Of a DNA stretch of 64,000 nucleotides, positions 1-9,798 are shown in pieces. How positions within the stretch are numbered: position 1 is the stretch's first letter; each line of letters opens with the position of its first letter. This DNA comes from an uncultured candidate division Zixibacteria bacterium (lineage in GTDB: Bacteria; Zixibacteria; MSB-5A5; GN15; FEB-12). The stretch spans positions 207,512-271,511 of the forward strand of contig CAWDXE010000001.1 in the NCBI GenBank assembly GCA_963806185.1. The letters run 5' to 3'. The translations under genes and the position numbers were made by a program. The notes beneath the pieces were generated by a model. That model was not told the origin of the DNA. It searched no databases and saw only the letters and a list, made by a program, of their open reading frames with translations.

Positions 1-304
1 CAAATGTCATCCCCGCCTTGAGCGGGGATCCAGTCCAGACATCCGCACTCCACACGACCATCTGTGCGCCGTAGACGCCACTTCTCAAGAGAAGAAAACT
101 GAAAGATTGCCACGACTCGCTACGAAGCGAGTCTCGCAATGATTTCATGGGCGGATTCAATCTGTATGCGCGTATCACGGCGCCCACTCTTGCCCCTTCT
201 CCCTCCGGGAGAGGGTAGAGGTAAGGGCAAGTGAGGCGAGATTCCCTACTTGTCAGGCTTCTTGATCAATTGGAAGTAGAAGCCTGACCTACAAGCGATG
301 CTGC

Positions 305-760
305 CTAATTGAATATCAAGCTCTGACTCACAATGACCCAGCCTGTATCCGTGGCTCTGTACGCAACGTCGCTAAACCAGCCGCTCGGTGGGTACCCCAT
401 TCGCATCCAGGCAGAATCGGCAAACAAGTCGATTCGATCGACGATGACGCAAGTGGAACACCGCTTTGGTTCCGTCACGATGGGAATAATCACACCATTA
501 CGAACAATCTTAATTCGTTCGGACATCCAAACGCCAGAGACGCACAATTTCAGCGTATCTTCTGGCCCAGGAAGTTCGTCTCGAACAATTTCCGTCGTTA
601 GAGCTTTCTCAAGCAATTCTGAGATAACAATATCGGCCCTTGATTTTGCGTTGCCAGACGATTGTGTATCATTTTGGCAGCCTCCGTAGAGAAGGGCGAA
701 TAAAAGAAGTACCAATCCTGCCAGCACACGAACATTGTACGCGCAATATCGATTAAGCAT
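305..760 (-). CDS. small hypothetical lipoprotein (~151 aa)
   Basis: The signal peptide and lipobox-like 'LLYGGC' begin at an internal Met of the 305..895 ORF (MLNRYCAYNVRVLAGLVLLLFALLYGGC). It lies directly downstream of, and co-directional with, the 777..2699 gene. No recognisable domain. Confidence 0.45.
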   Translation of the reverse strand: MLNRYCAYNVRVLAGLVLLLFALLYGGCQNDTQSSGNAKSRADIVISELLEKALTTEIVRDELPGPEDTLKLCVSGVWMSERIKIVRNGVIIPIVTEPKRCSTCVIVDRIDLFADSAWMRMGYPPSGWFSDVAYRATDTGWVIVSQSLIFN

Positions 761-776
761 ATCCCACTCGCCCCCC

Positions 777-2699
777 CTACCTATCCACCCCCACGCCCAG
801 CTCATACACTCCCCGCCCGTCCTCGTTCGACTTCGGGCCGATCCACTTCGTACCGTTTGTCGCCCACGGCTGATTGTAGGTGTCAGTCCCGCCACCGTCG
901 ATGAAGATCCCCATCACCGGCAACTTCCCTCGCGCACCCGCGATCTCTCCGTTCGCCTTGCCCAGCGTCGCGCCACCCTTCGACGTGTACACGTCATCAC
1001 CGGAGTAATCATGAAAGATGCCAATCCCGTTCGCATTCCCGCCGCCGAGCGACAACGTCGGCGCGTTGTACGTATCATTGCCGGCTCGTTCGTTGAAGAA
1101 GCCGATCGTAAAATCGTGCCCCGCACCTTGCGCCATGTTCATGGTTGCAGTGTAGGTGTCATTGCCGGCGAAATCGTCGAGATACCCGACGCCAAAATGC
1201 GCCCCTGATCCCTGCACGTACCAAATGCCGTCGTACACATCGTCACCGGCGCCGTCGAGCAGCATGCCGACGGAGAACCAATAGGCACACCCCTGCGCAA
1301 ACAGTCCGGCCGAGTAGCTGTCTTTCCCCTCAATGTCACAGAGAACGCCGAAACCGCCCGCCCAGCTGTGACCGTCGACATAGTCTGCCCTCTTGCCGAA
1401 CCCGACCCCCTGCGCCAGCGATGAGTTGTGCTCGGCCGTCTGCGGCGACGGCGAGAAAACCGTGTCATCCTCGGCGACATACTTGTCGTCACCCGCTGCA
1501 TTCACCAGAACGCCGCACCCGCGCGAATAGGCGTACCCTTGCGACGTGGTCAGGCAATACAACGAATCGTTACCGGACAGGTCGGACAAAATACCGAGAC
1601 CAAAGACGCCCGCCCCCTGGCACAGATTCTTCCCGGTGTAGAGATCATTGCCGCCGCCGTCGAGTAACATGCCCGCGCCCAGCACGCCACACCCTTGCGA
1701 GGCGTTGAGGCCGATATATTTGTCGTCCCCGGATTTATCAATGAGAATAGAAATACCGAGCACGCCGCCGCCAAAGGCCGGCTGATCCTCGCTCTTCGCC
1801 AGGTATTGATCGTTCCCGGACGCATCGACGATGATCGACACCGGATACTCGTCGGGAAAACCGCCAAATTTGTAGGTGTCGTTCCCGCCGCCATCGATGA
1901 TCAAGAGCGGTGCCTCGAGATACTCGTATTGATCGTCACCGGTCGTGCCGACCACGATCAGCCCTCTGCGTGATTTCAGTTCGAGTTTGATTTTTGGAAA
2001 AGTCGCAAACTCAAGCGAATCGGCGATCCGCTTGGCGACCTCAGCCAAATCCTGCGCGCTGGCCGCCAGCCGATCGTAATCCATCCGTTCGGCCAAATCC
2101 TCGACCATATCATTCAATTCTTGCTTCTCAGTGGTCAGGTAGTCGATCACCTGACTGCGGGTCTTCCCCTTGTTTTCATCGGCCAGCACTTTCGGCAACG
2201 GGAACGCATCGTCATCGATGACATTCCAGAGCACGTCAATCTTTGCGCGCAATTTGACATACTGGCTCCCCGCCAGAAAATTGTGGCCGCCGGTCATCGA
2301 CGCTTTGTTCGCCGTGTCCTTCTTCTGATAGGCTTCCAGAGCATCGCCGATCAAGCCGCGCCGGACGGGATGATCCATCCATCGGGATGCCGCAGTCGCC
2401 AGGCCGGTTAGATTGCCCGCGTTGTCCTTGAGGGAGGCGAAAATCAGGTCGCCATACTTGGGGAGCTTGAGCGGATGTTTGTGGAACATCGTGAAGAAGC
2501 TGCCACGCCAGCGGTCGCCACCCCACGTCGCCATTTCGTCCTGATCGAAACCGATATCGGCGGCCGTCAGGCCGACCTGGCTCATGGCCGTATCGAACAG
2601 TTCCACCTGTGGGACCGCCATGCGATCGAACATCTCGGTGTTCTGGGCCGAGGCGGAAGATACGAGCAGACAAAGGGCTATGGCGAGCACGCGGTACAT
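777..2699 (-). CDS. secreted protein with N-terminal helical domain and C-terminal Gly/Asp-rich 'GGxGxDxY' tandem repeats (beta-helix/solenoid-like)
   Basis: The likely start is MYRVLAIALCLLVSSASAQ (signal peptide), preceded by AGGAGA. Roughly 15 repeats of GGGNDTY/SGDDKY/AGDDVY type recur at 20–25 aa periodicity. No T9SS CTD. Confidence 0.6.
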   Translation of the reverse strand: MYRVLAIALCLLVSSASAQNTEMFDRMAVPQVELFDTAMSQVGLTAADIGFDQDEMATWGGDRWRGSFFTMFHKHPLKLPKYGDLIFASLKDNAGNLTGLATAASRWMDHPVRRGLIGDALEAYQKKDTANKASMTGGHNFLAGSQYVKLRAKIDVLWNVIDDDAFPLPKVLADENKGKTRSQVIDYLTTEKQELNDMVEDLAERMDYDRLAASAQDLAEVAKRIADSLEFATFPKIKLELKSRRGLIVVGTTGDDQYEYLEAPLLIIDGGGNDTYKFGGFPDEYPVSIIVDASGNDQYLAKSEDQPAFGGGVLGISILIDKSGDDKYIGLNASQGCGVLGAGMLLDGGGNDLYTGKNLCQGAGVFGLGILSDLSGNDSLYCLTTSQGYAYSRGCGVLVNAAGDDKYVAEDDTVFSPSPQTAEHNSSLAQGVGFGKRADYVDGHSWAGGFGVLCDIEGKDSYSAGLFAQGCAYWFSVGMLLDGAGDDVYDGIWYVQGSGAHFGVGYLDDFAGNDTYTATMNMAQGAGHDFTIGFFNERAGNDTYNAPTLSLGGGNANGIGIFHDYSGDDVYTSKGGATLGKANGEIAGARGKLPVMGIFIDGGGTDTYNQPWATNGTKWIGPKSNEDGRGVYELGVGVDR

Positions 2700-2881
2700 A
2701 CGATCTCCTGTGGCAAAGGTTGGCGTAAGTATAGCCAACCTTCTGCCCCGCAACAGCTAAAAACTGGAACGACGAAACGCGGACTGGTTGCTCCGCGAGA
2801 CGATGGTTTATCTTGCCCCAGAGCGCGCAAACGTGTACTTTATGCGCCGCTATTGTAATTGCCAATAAGTCTGGAGAGAAT

Positions 2882-4294
2882 ATGAATCTTGAACCTTTGG
2901 CCAAACTTGCTCGCGACCGCAAGGTCGAATTTCTCGATCTGAAATTTGGCGACTTGCTCGGCGTCTGGCATCATATGACAGTGCCGGCCGCCTCTCTAAA
3001 ACCAGATCTGTTCAAAACCGGTATCGGTGTCGACGGCTCCTCGCTTCCCGGCTTTTCGTCGATTGAACGGGGTGACATGATTATGTTGCCCGACCCCTCG
3101 ACGGCGTTTATCGATCCGTTTTTCGAACGCCCAACGTTGTCGTTTATCGGTGACATCATGGAGGCCGGCAAGGAGACCCGTCCATACTCCCGCAATCCGC
3201 GACGGGTGGCCGCGGACGCAGAGAAGTATCTACAAAAAGTACAGCCGGGTTCCACGTGCATTCTGGGACCGGAATTTGAATTCTACATTTTCGACAAGGT
3301 GAACTACTTCCAGGGGCCGGAGAGCGCCTTCTACTATCTGGATTCCGCCGAAGCGGCCTGGAGCGCCGGCAACGATCAGGAGAATCTTGGCTACAAGATC
3401 CCGTACAAAAAGGGATACCACGCCGCGCCGCCGCTCGATCGCACCTACAATCTTCGCTCGGAGATTACGTCGATGCTTTCCGAGGTCGGTGTCGGACTGA
3501 AATATCATCATCATGAAGTCGGGGGCGGCGGACAGCACGAAATCGAAGTGAGTTTTGCCCCTCTGCTCCAGATGGCCGATCAATCGATGCTGGTGAAGTA
3601 TTTTGTGAAGAACCAATGTTTCCGGGTCGGCAAGTCAGCCACGTTCATGCCCAAGCCGTTGTTCAACGAACCGGGCTCCGGGCTGCATGTGCACCAGTAT
3701 CTGTCTGACGGCAAGGGATCACTTTTCTTCGAGAAGGACGGCATCGCCTACTTCTCGCAGCTGGGCCTCTGGTATATCGGCGGGTTACTTAAACATGCCG
3801 GCGCCTTGCTGGCCTTCTCCAATCCGTCGACCAATTCGTTCAAGCGACTGATTCCCGGTTTCGAAGCGCCGGTGGCCGGGACATATTCGGTCGGCAATCG
3901 GACAGCCTGCATCCGTATACCGGGGTATCTCAAGGATCCCAAGACCATGCGCCTGGAGTTCCGTCCCGGCGACGGCACCATGAATCCGTATCTCGGGTAC
4001 GCTTCCATGCTGATGGCCGGTCTGGACGGTATCACGAACAAGATTGACCCGGGTCTGCCATTCGACAAAAACCTGGATCATTTGTCACCTGAAGAGTTGG
4101 CCAAGATTCCGCAGCTTCCCACGTCACTCAACAAGGCGCTCAACGCTCTTGAGGAAGACAACGAGTTCCTCCTCGTTGACGGCGTGTTTACTCCGGATCT
4201 CATTCAGAGCTGGATAAATCTGAAGCGGAAGGAAGTGACGGAAATACGCGTCCGCCCTACGCCGTTCGAATTCGAGATGTATTACGATATGTAA
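2882..4294 (+). CDS. glnA: glutamine synthetase (type I-like)
   Basis: A GS beta-grasp region with 'GIGVDGSSLPGF' (FDGSS-like motif). The catalytic-domain region includes 'KPLFNEPGSGLHVHQYL'. About 470 aa, with GGAGAG 5 nt upstream of ATG 2882. Confidence 0.85.
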   Translation: MNLEPLAKLARDRKVEFLDLKFGDLLGVWHHMTVPAASLKPDLFKTGIGVDGSSLPGFSSIERGDMIMLPDPSTAFIDPFFERPTLSFIGDIMEAGKETRPYSRNPRRVAADAEKYLQKVQPGSTCILGPEFEFYIFDKVNYFQGPESAFYYLDSAEAAWSAGNDQENLGYKIPYKKGYHAAPPLDRTYNLRSEITSMLSEVGVGLKYHHHEVGGGGQHEIEVSFAPLLQMADQSMLVKYFVKNQCFRVGKSATFMPKPLFNEPGSGLHVHQYLSDGKGSLFFEKDGIAYFSQLGLWYIGGLLKHAGALLAFSNPSTNSFKRLIPGFEAPVAGTYSVGNRTACIRIPGYLKDPKTMRLEFRPGDGTMNPYLGYASMLMAGLDGITNKIDPGLPFDKNLDHLSPEELAKIPQLPTSLNKALNALEEDNEFLLVDGVFTPDLIQSWINLKRKEVTEIRVRPTPFEFEMYYDM

Positions 4295-4298
4295 GCTG

Positions 4299-5051
4299 TC
4301 AGACGCGCATGGCGCGGATCAACTCGATCTGCGCCAGCGCCGCCGTTACCGCCGATTCCACTCGCAACACCCACGGCCCCAGGTAAAACGGCGTGAAACC
4401 GAGCCGCATAAAATGCTCGATTTCAAACGGCACCCATCCCCCTTCGGGGCCTATCGCCAACACGCTATGACCCGGCGCACTATTCCAGATATCGGATATG
4501 TATGTTGACGACGACACTTCGCACAGCAATCGATTGGCGATGGGCGGAGCAGTTTTCTCGAGCGACGGCCAGGTATCTTCGGCAAACGGTCGAAACAGCA
4601 GGTGAATCGTCACCTTCGGCAGGCGGGTGAATTTCCCCTGACTCAGTCCCTCGAGCATGACGGGGCGCATCTTGTCAGCGGTGAGCATCGGCGAATCGAG
4701 ATAGCTTCTCTCCGTCCGATTAGCGCGCACAAGATGCACCGCTCGCACTCCCATGGTGGCTGCAGTCAAGAGCACTTTGCGCACGGTGGGAGGCCGGGAG
4801 ATGGCACATATCAGATTAATCTCACAGGGAGGCAGCGGCATGGGGCCACGCGGAGTAAAACGCAGTGTGGCGGTTCGTTCATCGATGGTGAGTATTTCAG
4901 CATCCCCCACGTCCCCGTCGAGCAGGCCCGCCTGGACCACCTCGCCGACCCCGCGCTTCAGCACCGCTCGAATATGTTCCACCCGGTGATCGGTGATTTC
5001 GTAATGCTCATTGCCGCGCGAGTCGTCGGTCGTCAGAATCAGCAAGTTCAT
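4299..5051 (-). CDS. rsmE: 16S rRNA (uracil1498-N3)-methyltransferase RsmE
   Basis: 250 aa with the C-terminal 'LAIGPEGGW' motif characteristic of the RsmE/SPOUT family. Confidence 0.85.
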   Translation of the reverse strand: MNLLILTTDDSRGNEHYEITDHRVEHIRAVLKRGVGEVVQAGLLDGDVGDAEILTIDERTATLRFTPRGPMPLPPCEINLICAISRPPTVRKVLLTAATMGVRAVHLVRANRTERSYLDSPMLTADKMRPVMLEGLSQGKFTRLPKVTIHLLFRPFAEDTWPSLEKTAPPIANRLLCEVSSSTYISDIWNSAPGHSVLAIGPEGGWVPFEIEHFMRLGFTPFYLGPWVLRVESAVTAALAQIELIRAMRV

Positions 5052-5115
5052 GCCGGGCAGGATACGCCAGTTTCATTCGCTTCGCAACGGGCGATCTGAT
5101 CGACGAATTCGATAA

Positions 5116-5862
5116 CTATTCCCCCATTCGGAACTCCACCGAGTAGGTCACCCAGACCGGAATCGCAAGACCGTTTTGAATACCGGGCGAATAGACATTC
5201 AGATACGCTGCCGTCACGGCGGCCGAATCCAGTGCTTCGCACCCCGACGACGACACAATGTGCGCCTCCCCTACTTTTCCGCTGGCCAACACGAGCGCGC
5301 CAATGGTCGCTTTTCCCTCGAGACCAAGCCGTTTGGCCAGTGATGGGTATTCCGGCTTCACTTCGACTACCATCGCCGGTTCCTTCTCAACCTTCTGCCA
5401 AACGCCATATTCGGGCAGATCATCACCGATCGACGCCCCATGCAGCGGGGTAAGTCCGAAATCGCCGGTATCGCTGGTGCCGGTCCCCGTGCTGTCGAGG
5501 CCCACTCCCCGACCGGTCGCAATGACTCGGTCGTCAACGACCATCGTATCAGGGACGGGTGTGGGAATGCCGACGCGCTCATCCCGGGGCAGGGCCGGTC
5601 TGGCGCCCACACCATCGGAAACTACGTTTACTACCTGAAGTGGATCGATGACGACGCGCACTGAGTCAATGTCGTCCGGGAGAACCCTCGGTGGAATTAT
5701 GACAATATCCGGGTTCCCCGCGAGTATCGAGACACTCACATAAGTCGCCGCAATGGCCAAGATCACGAGTATATTGGCGATCAGCATATTGCGCTGATAG
5801 GTCATCTTCAGCTCGATCGCCCCGTACGGTCGATAGCGGAAATCATCCCTGCTGGGAATCAT
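5116..5862 (-). CDS. energy transducer TonB family protein
   Basis: An N-terminal TM helix, a Pro/Val-rich linker (PPRVLPDDIDSVRVVIDPLQ…PVPD) and a C-terminal TonB domain (VKPEYPSLAKRLGLEGKATIGALV…GCEALDSAAVTAAY). Confidence 0.7.
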   Translation of the reverse strand: MIPSRDDFRYRPYGAIELKMTYQRNMLIANILVILAIAATYVSVSILAGNPDIVIIPPRVLPDDIDSVRVVIDPLQVVNVVSDGVGARPALPRDERVGIPTPVPDTMVVDDRVIATGRGVGLDSTGTGTSDTGDFGLTPLHGASIGDDLPEYGVWQKVEKEPAMVVEVKPEYPSLAKRLGLEGKATIGALVLASGKVGEAHIVSSSGCEALDSAAVTAAYLNVYSPGIQNGLAIPVWVTYSVEFRMGE

Positions 5863-6002
5863 ACTCCACCCCTTGCGGCTCAGCCGCGTGTTTAAATCCC
5901 TGACCGGTCCGTGGTGACGGGCCGATTCACCAATGGCAATGAAGGATGAGGTGAGGACTCTACTAAATCTACATTAATGACGGCGGTCTCTTCCCGTCCG
6001 TC

Positions 6003-6037
6003 CAAAGAAAAGGCGGCGGAGACTCATCGTCGCCGCC
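6003..6037 (-). terminator. rho-independent terminator downstream of the 6068..9577 gene
   Basis: On the minus strand a 7-bp GC stem (GGCGGCG…CGCCGCC) with a ~12-nt loop is followed by TTTTCTTTGG. Coordinates are approximate (±3). Confidence 0.45.
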
Positions 6038-6067
6038 ACCTGGTTAGTCAAGGTGCTGCTGTGCGGG

Positions 6068-9000
6068 CTACTTGATCATGAGCATCTTGTTGGTTCGCTC
6101 ATCACCGCCCGCTGTCAGGCGATAGAAATAGACGCCCGTCGCGACACTCTCGCCCCGGTCATCGCGGCCGTTCCATTCAATCCGGTGGCTGCCGGCGGAA
6201 AGATCACCGTCCACCAATTGGCGGACTTCTTGTCCGAGCATGTTGTACACGACCAGCGAGGTACGTGCCGGCGCGGGCAGGCTGAACTTGATCACCGTGC
6301 TCGGATTGCACGGATTGGGGTAGTTCTGATCAAGCGCAAACTTCAGCCCGCCATCGGGCTTTGAAACGACGGTCGGAGCAGCCGACAACGCCCCCATGTC
6401 GGCGCGTGAGCCGTCGGGATCATTGTAGATGCTGTTCGGATCTCCGGCGTCGATACAGGGCGAACCCGACTGCAACAGAAAATCAGGAATGGAGTAAACC
6501 GCCCCCGGCTCGATCACCGAGGCCAACATCGGGTCGGCCGATATCTCACCGATTCCGGGCTCCAGCAGGACGTAATCCTTCCCGTTGTTGTTCCAGACGT
6601 CGTTATACTCGTGCACAAGATTGACCGGCGCGCCGCAGTAGTCGTTGCGAATCAGTCCGCCGGCGAGGTTGTTCATGATGATGTTATTGCGCACGTCGAC
6701 ATTCTGGCTGTACACGATGGTCACGCCGCCGTCGTTGGTAACGATTGTGTTGTTGAGGATACGGCAATTGTCGGCTCGAATCGTCACGGCCCCCCACCCT
6801 TCAGTGTGGGGTGGGTCGACGTGATTGTCGTAAATCAGATTTCGCTCGATGATGGCACCTTCGCCCTCGATCGCGCAGATACCGCCGGCGTTGCCGCCGA
6901 CATTTCCGTAAATCTGATTGCCGACGAAGCGCGGCGCATATCCGTACCCCAGTCGAATAAAGATACCGCCACCGGAAATGGGCGTGCGATTGAAGCGGAT
7001 GATGTTGTTCTCAACCAAAGGCTCACAGAACTGGAACCAGAGGCCGCCGCCATCATACGATCCGACGCAATGCTCGATGATGCAGTTGCGAACTGTCGGA
7101 TCGGACTCCGTGCAGTGAATGCCCTCGTTATTGTCCTGCCCGTCCAGCGTGAAGCCTTCAATGAGAGTGGATTTGTCGCTGCCGGCGACCAGGACGATGA
7201 GTGCGCCGGGCTTGCAGTCCCTGGGCATTTCTGCCGGCGTTGTCGCCTGATGGTCGTCAAACTCACCGGACTGCCCTGGCTTCTTCAATGCCGCCGGCGG
7301 GATAATTCGTGTCGCTTCAGGGCCATCAGTGGATTTCAGGACCAGCGACTTACTCATGAACTGGAGTTGTTCGGCGTATTCACCCGGACCGACCAGGATG
7401 GTATCCTGACAGCCGGCCGCGTCGATAGCCGCCTGGATAGTTGCGAATTCGGCCGGCACCCGGATGGTGCGAGAATCGTTCGGTACGGCCGGATCATACG
7501 GGATGGCGCCGATATCGTTTCGGGAACCATCGGGATCGTTATACACCGGATCCGGATCGCCGGCGTCGATGCAAGGAGATTCAGGTAACAGCGTGGAACC
7601 GCAGCGGTTGAACAACGGATCCACCGACAGGTCGGTCACTCCGGGTGGGATATTGAGGTAGTCACTCCCGTTATACCAGACGTCATTGTACGCCAGCGTC
7701 GCCGTTGACGGTCCGACGTAATCATTCGCGATGATGCCGCCGTTGGTGTTGAACACAATGAGGTTGTTTCTCACCTCGGCGTCGCTCGCGGCCGCCAGCG
7801 TGATACCAGCGCGATGGCCGGTGATCGTGTTGTTAATGACAGAACAGTCATCGGCGCGAATGAACACCGCCCCTTCCGCTTCTGTAACCAAAGAACCAAT
7901 GCTATTGCGGTAAAACAGGTTTCGCTCAATGCGGGCGCCGCGCCCTTCGATGGCACAGATACCGCCGCTGTTGCCCGCCGAGTTACTGTAAATTGTGTTA
8001 CCGATGAATTTGGCCGTGCCGCCGCCTTCACCCAGCCGGATGAAGATGCCGCCGCCGGAAACTCCCGTTTCGTTGTACCGAATGATATTGTTTTCAACCA
8101 GCGGGCGACATTCCTGCAGCCAAAAGCCACCGCCGTCCCAATTGGCGTGACCGTTTTCAACGATGCAATTGCGGATCACCGGATCTGACTGTATGCATGA
8201 AACACCATTGGTTCTCGTCATACCGTCAATGGTGAAGCCGTCTATCAGAGTCGCCTGAGTGCTTCCGGGAAAGAAATGGATCACGCCGCCGTCATAGATC
8301 GGATACGCTTCTGAAGGGAAGCTCAGAACAGTTTGCTTCGCCCCCTCAGTCGACTTCAGGACGAGACTCTTGCCGTCGAACTCAAGGCACTCCTCATAAT
8401 CCCCCGGCCCGACCAGGATGGTATCGAAGTCCACGGCCTGCGCCAGCGCCTGGCTGATGGTCGCGAATTGCCCCGGCACATAGAAGGTCGCGGGCTGGCG
8501 CGGCTCCACCGGGAAATAGGTCAGGGCGCCGATATCGTTGCGGGACTCGTCGGGATCATTGTAAACAGGATCGGGGTCGCCGGAGTTGATACAAGGCGAT
8601 TCGGCGGACAGATAGACCGTGCCGGACACAAAGCCCGGGATCTTCCAGACATCGGTGGCGCCGGGTGCAATGTTTTCGTAGTTGGTCGTGCCGTTCAACC
8701 AAACCAGGTTATACCCGAGCGTGACCGTGCTCGGACCGGCGTAATTGTTGACCCAAATGCCCCGAGTATTCCACGCGACGATATTGTTCAAGATGAGCGC
8801 GTTATCACTCGCAATAACCGTTATTCCGGCATAGTTTCTGACGATGGTATTGTTAATCAGGGAGCAGTCGGCGGCACGAATACTCACCGCACCCACACCC
8901 TCAGTATAGGTTGGCGACACGGTGTTGTTCTTGATGATGTTCCTGGCAATGTACGCACCGCGGCCTTCGATGGCACAAATACCGCCGGCATTTCCCGCCA

Positions 9001-9577
9001 CGTTGCCGTAAATGGTGTTGCCGACTATTTTCGCTGCGCCTTCGGTGGTGTCCAGACGGATAAAAATCCCTCCGCCGGAGACCCACGTCCGATTGTGTCG
9101 AATGATATTGTTTTCGATTGTCGGACGGCAGTGCTGCAACCAGAAGCCGCCACCGTCGTAGGAGCCCAGACCGTTCTGCACGATACAATTCCTGATCTGC
9201 GGATCTGATTCCGTACAAGAAACACCGTTGCACCGGCTCATGGCGTCAATGGTGAAACCTTCGACGATTGTGGTCGCATCGCTGCCAGGCTCGAAGTAGA
9301 TCACGCCGTCATTTTCGTCGACCAATCGTCCGGTCGGATACTGGATAATCGTCGCCTCCGGACCATCAGTCGATTTTAGCACCAGGCTCTTCCCTCCGAA
9401 ATGAACCACCTCGGCATAGGTCCCGGGTCTGACCAGAACAGTGTCGCCTCCTGCGGATGCTACAACGCCTTCCTGGATGGTGCTGAAGTCATCCGGAACC
9501 ACAAGTGTTGCCCCCCATGCCGACGTGGCCAGGCATACTACAGCCAGGGCAACGATCAGTTGATGCTGTGCGCGCAT
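6068..9577 (-). CDS. secreted protein with three tandem right-handed parallel beta-helix (pectin-lyase-fold/PbH1-like) domains and a T9SS C-terminal sorting domain
   Basis: A signal peptide (MRAQHQLIVALAVVCLATSAWG) is followed by three ~340-aa internal repeats, each containing 'DGKSLVLKST…VRNCI…GGGFWLQ…ENNIIR.N.T..SGGGIFIRL…NTIYGN..GN.GGICAIEG…NNTI' and a 'SPCIDAGDPDPVYNDPDGSRNDIGA' tail. The C-terminus 'LDQNYPNPCNPSTVIKFSLP…VYFYRLTAGG…KMLMIK' is a Por/T9SS type-A CTD. Confidence 0.8.
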   Translation of the reverse strand: MRAQHQLIVALAVVCLATSAWGATLVVPDDFSTIQEGVVASAGGDTVLVRPGTYAEVVHFGGKSLVLKSTDGPEATIIQYPTGRLVDENDGVIYFEPGSDATTIVEGFTIDAMSRCNGVSCTESDPQIRNCIVQNGLGSYDGGGFWLQHCRPTIENNIIRHNRTWVSGGGIFIRLDTTEGAAKIVGNTIYGNVAGNAGGICAIEGRGAYIARNIIKNNTVSPTYTEGVGAVSIRAADCSLINNTIVRNYAGITVIASDNALILNNIVAWNTRGIWVNNYAGPSTVTLGYNLVWLNGTTNYENIAPGATDVWKIPGFVSGTVYLSAESPCINSGDPDPVYNDPDESRNDIGALTYFPVEPRQPATFYVPGQFATISQALAQAVDFDTILVGPGDYEECLEFDGKSLVLKSTEGAKQTVLSFPSEAYPIYDGGVIHFFPGSTQATLIDGFTIDGMTRTNGVSCIQSDPVIRNCIVENGHANWDGGGFWLQECRPLVENNIIRYNETGVSGGGIFIRLGEGGGTAKFIGNTIYSNSAGNSGGICAIEGRGARIERNLFYRNSIGSLVTEAEGAVFIRADDCSVINNTITGHRAGITLAAASDAEVRNNLIVFNTNGGIIANDYVGPSTATLAYNDVWYNGSDYLNIPPGVTDLSVDPLFNRCGSTLLPESPCIDAGDPDPVYNDPDGSRNDIGAIPYDPAVPNDSRTIRVPAEFATIQAAIDAAGCQDTILVGPGEYAEQLQFMSKSLVLKSTDGPEATRIIPPAALKKPGQSGEFDDHQATTPAEMPRDCKPGALIVLVAGSDKSTLIEGFTLDGQDNNEGIHCTESDPTVRNCIIEHCVGSYDGGGLWFQFCEPLVENNIIRFNRTPISGGGIFIRLGYGYAPRFVGNQIYGNVGGNAGGICAIEGEGAIIERNLIYDNHVDPPHTEGWGAVTIRADNCRILNNTIVTNDGGVTIVYSQNVDVRNNIIMNNLAGGLIRNDYCGAPVNLVHEYNDVWNNNGKDYVLLEPGIGEISADPMLASVIEPGAVYSIPDFLLQSGSPCIDAGDPNSIYNDPDGSRADMGALSAAPTVVSKPDGGLKFALDQNYPNPCNPSTVIKFSLPAPARTSLVVYNMLGQEVRQLVDGDLSAGSHRIEWNGRDDRGESVATGVYFYRLTAGGDERTNKMLMIK

Positions 9578-9745
9578 AGTTTCCTCCCGTGGGATATTCC
9601 CATACCCACGTTCCGATTACTTTGGTACTTATGTGTTCGCGAGCGGAGGCTCGCCTGCTGTTCCGTGCAGACTTGCGGATCGCAGATTAACTAGATTATG
9701 GATACTGAATGTCGATCTACTTGTCAATGCAAAAGTAGGGCGGAC

Positions 9746-9777
9746 ACAAAAAAGCCGCGCCATTTACTGACGCGGCC
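9746..9777 (-). terminator. rho-independent terminator downstream of pstS
   Basis: Minus strand: GCCGCG-tcagtaaatgg-CGCGGC followed by TTTTTTGTGTCC. Coordinates are approximate (±3). Confidence 0.55.
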
Positions 9778-9798
9778 AGCATAGGAAACGAAAATGGT

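Noticed and set aside
4295-4320. Terminator after glnA (CGCGC-atg-GCGCG)
   Set aside because: A very short stem with no T-tract, and it overlaps the 3' end of the convergent rsmE gene. Not convincing.
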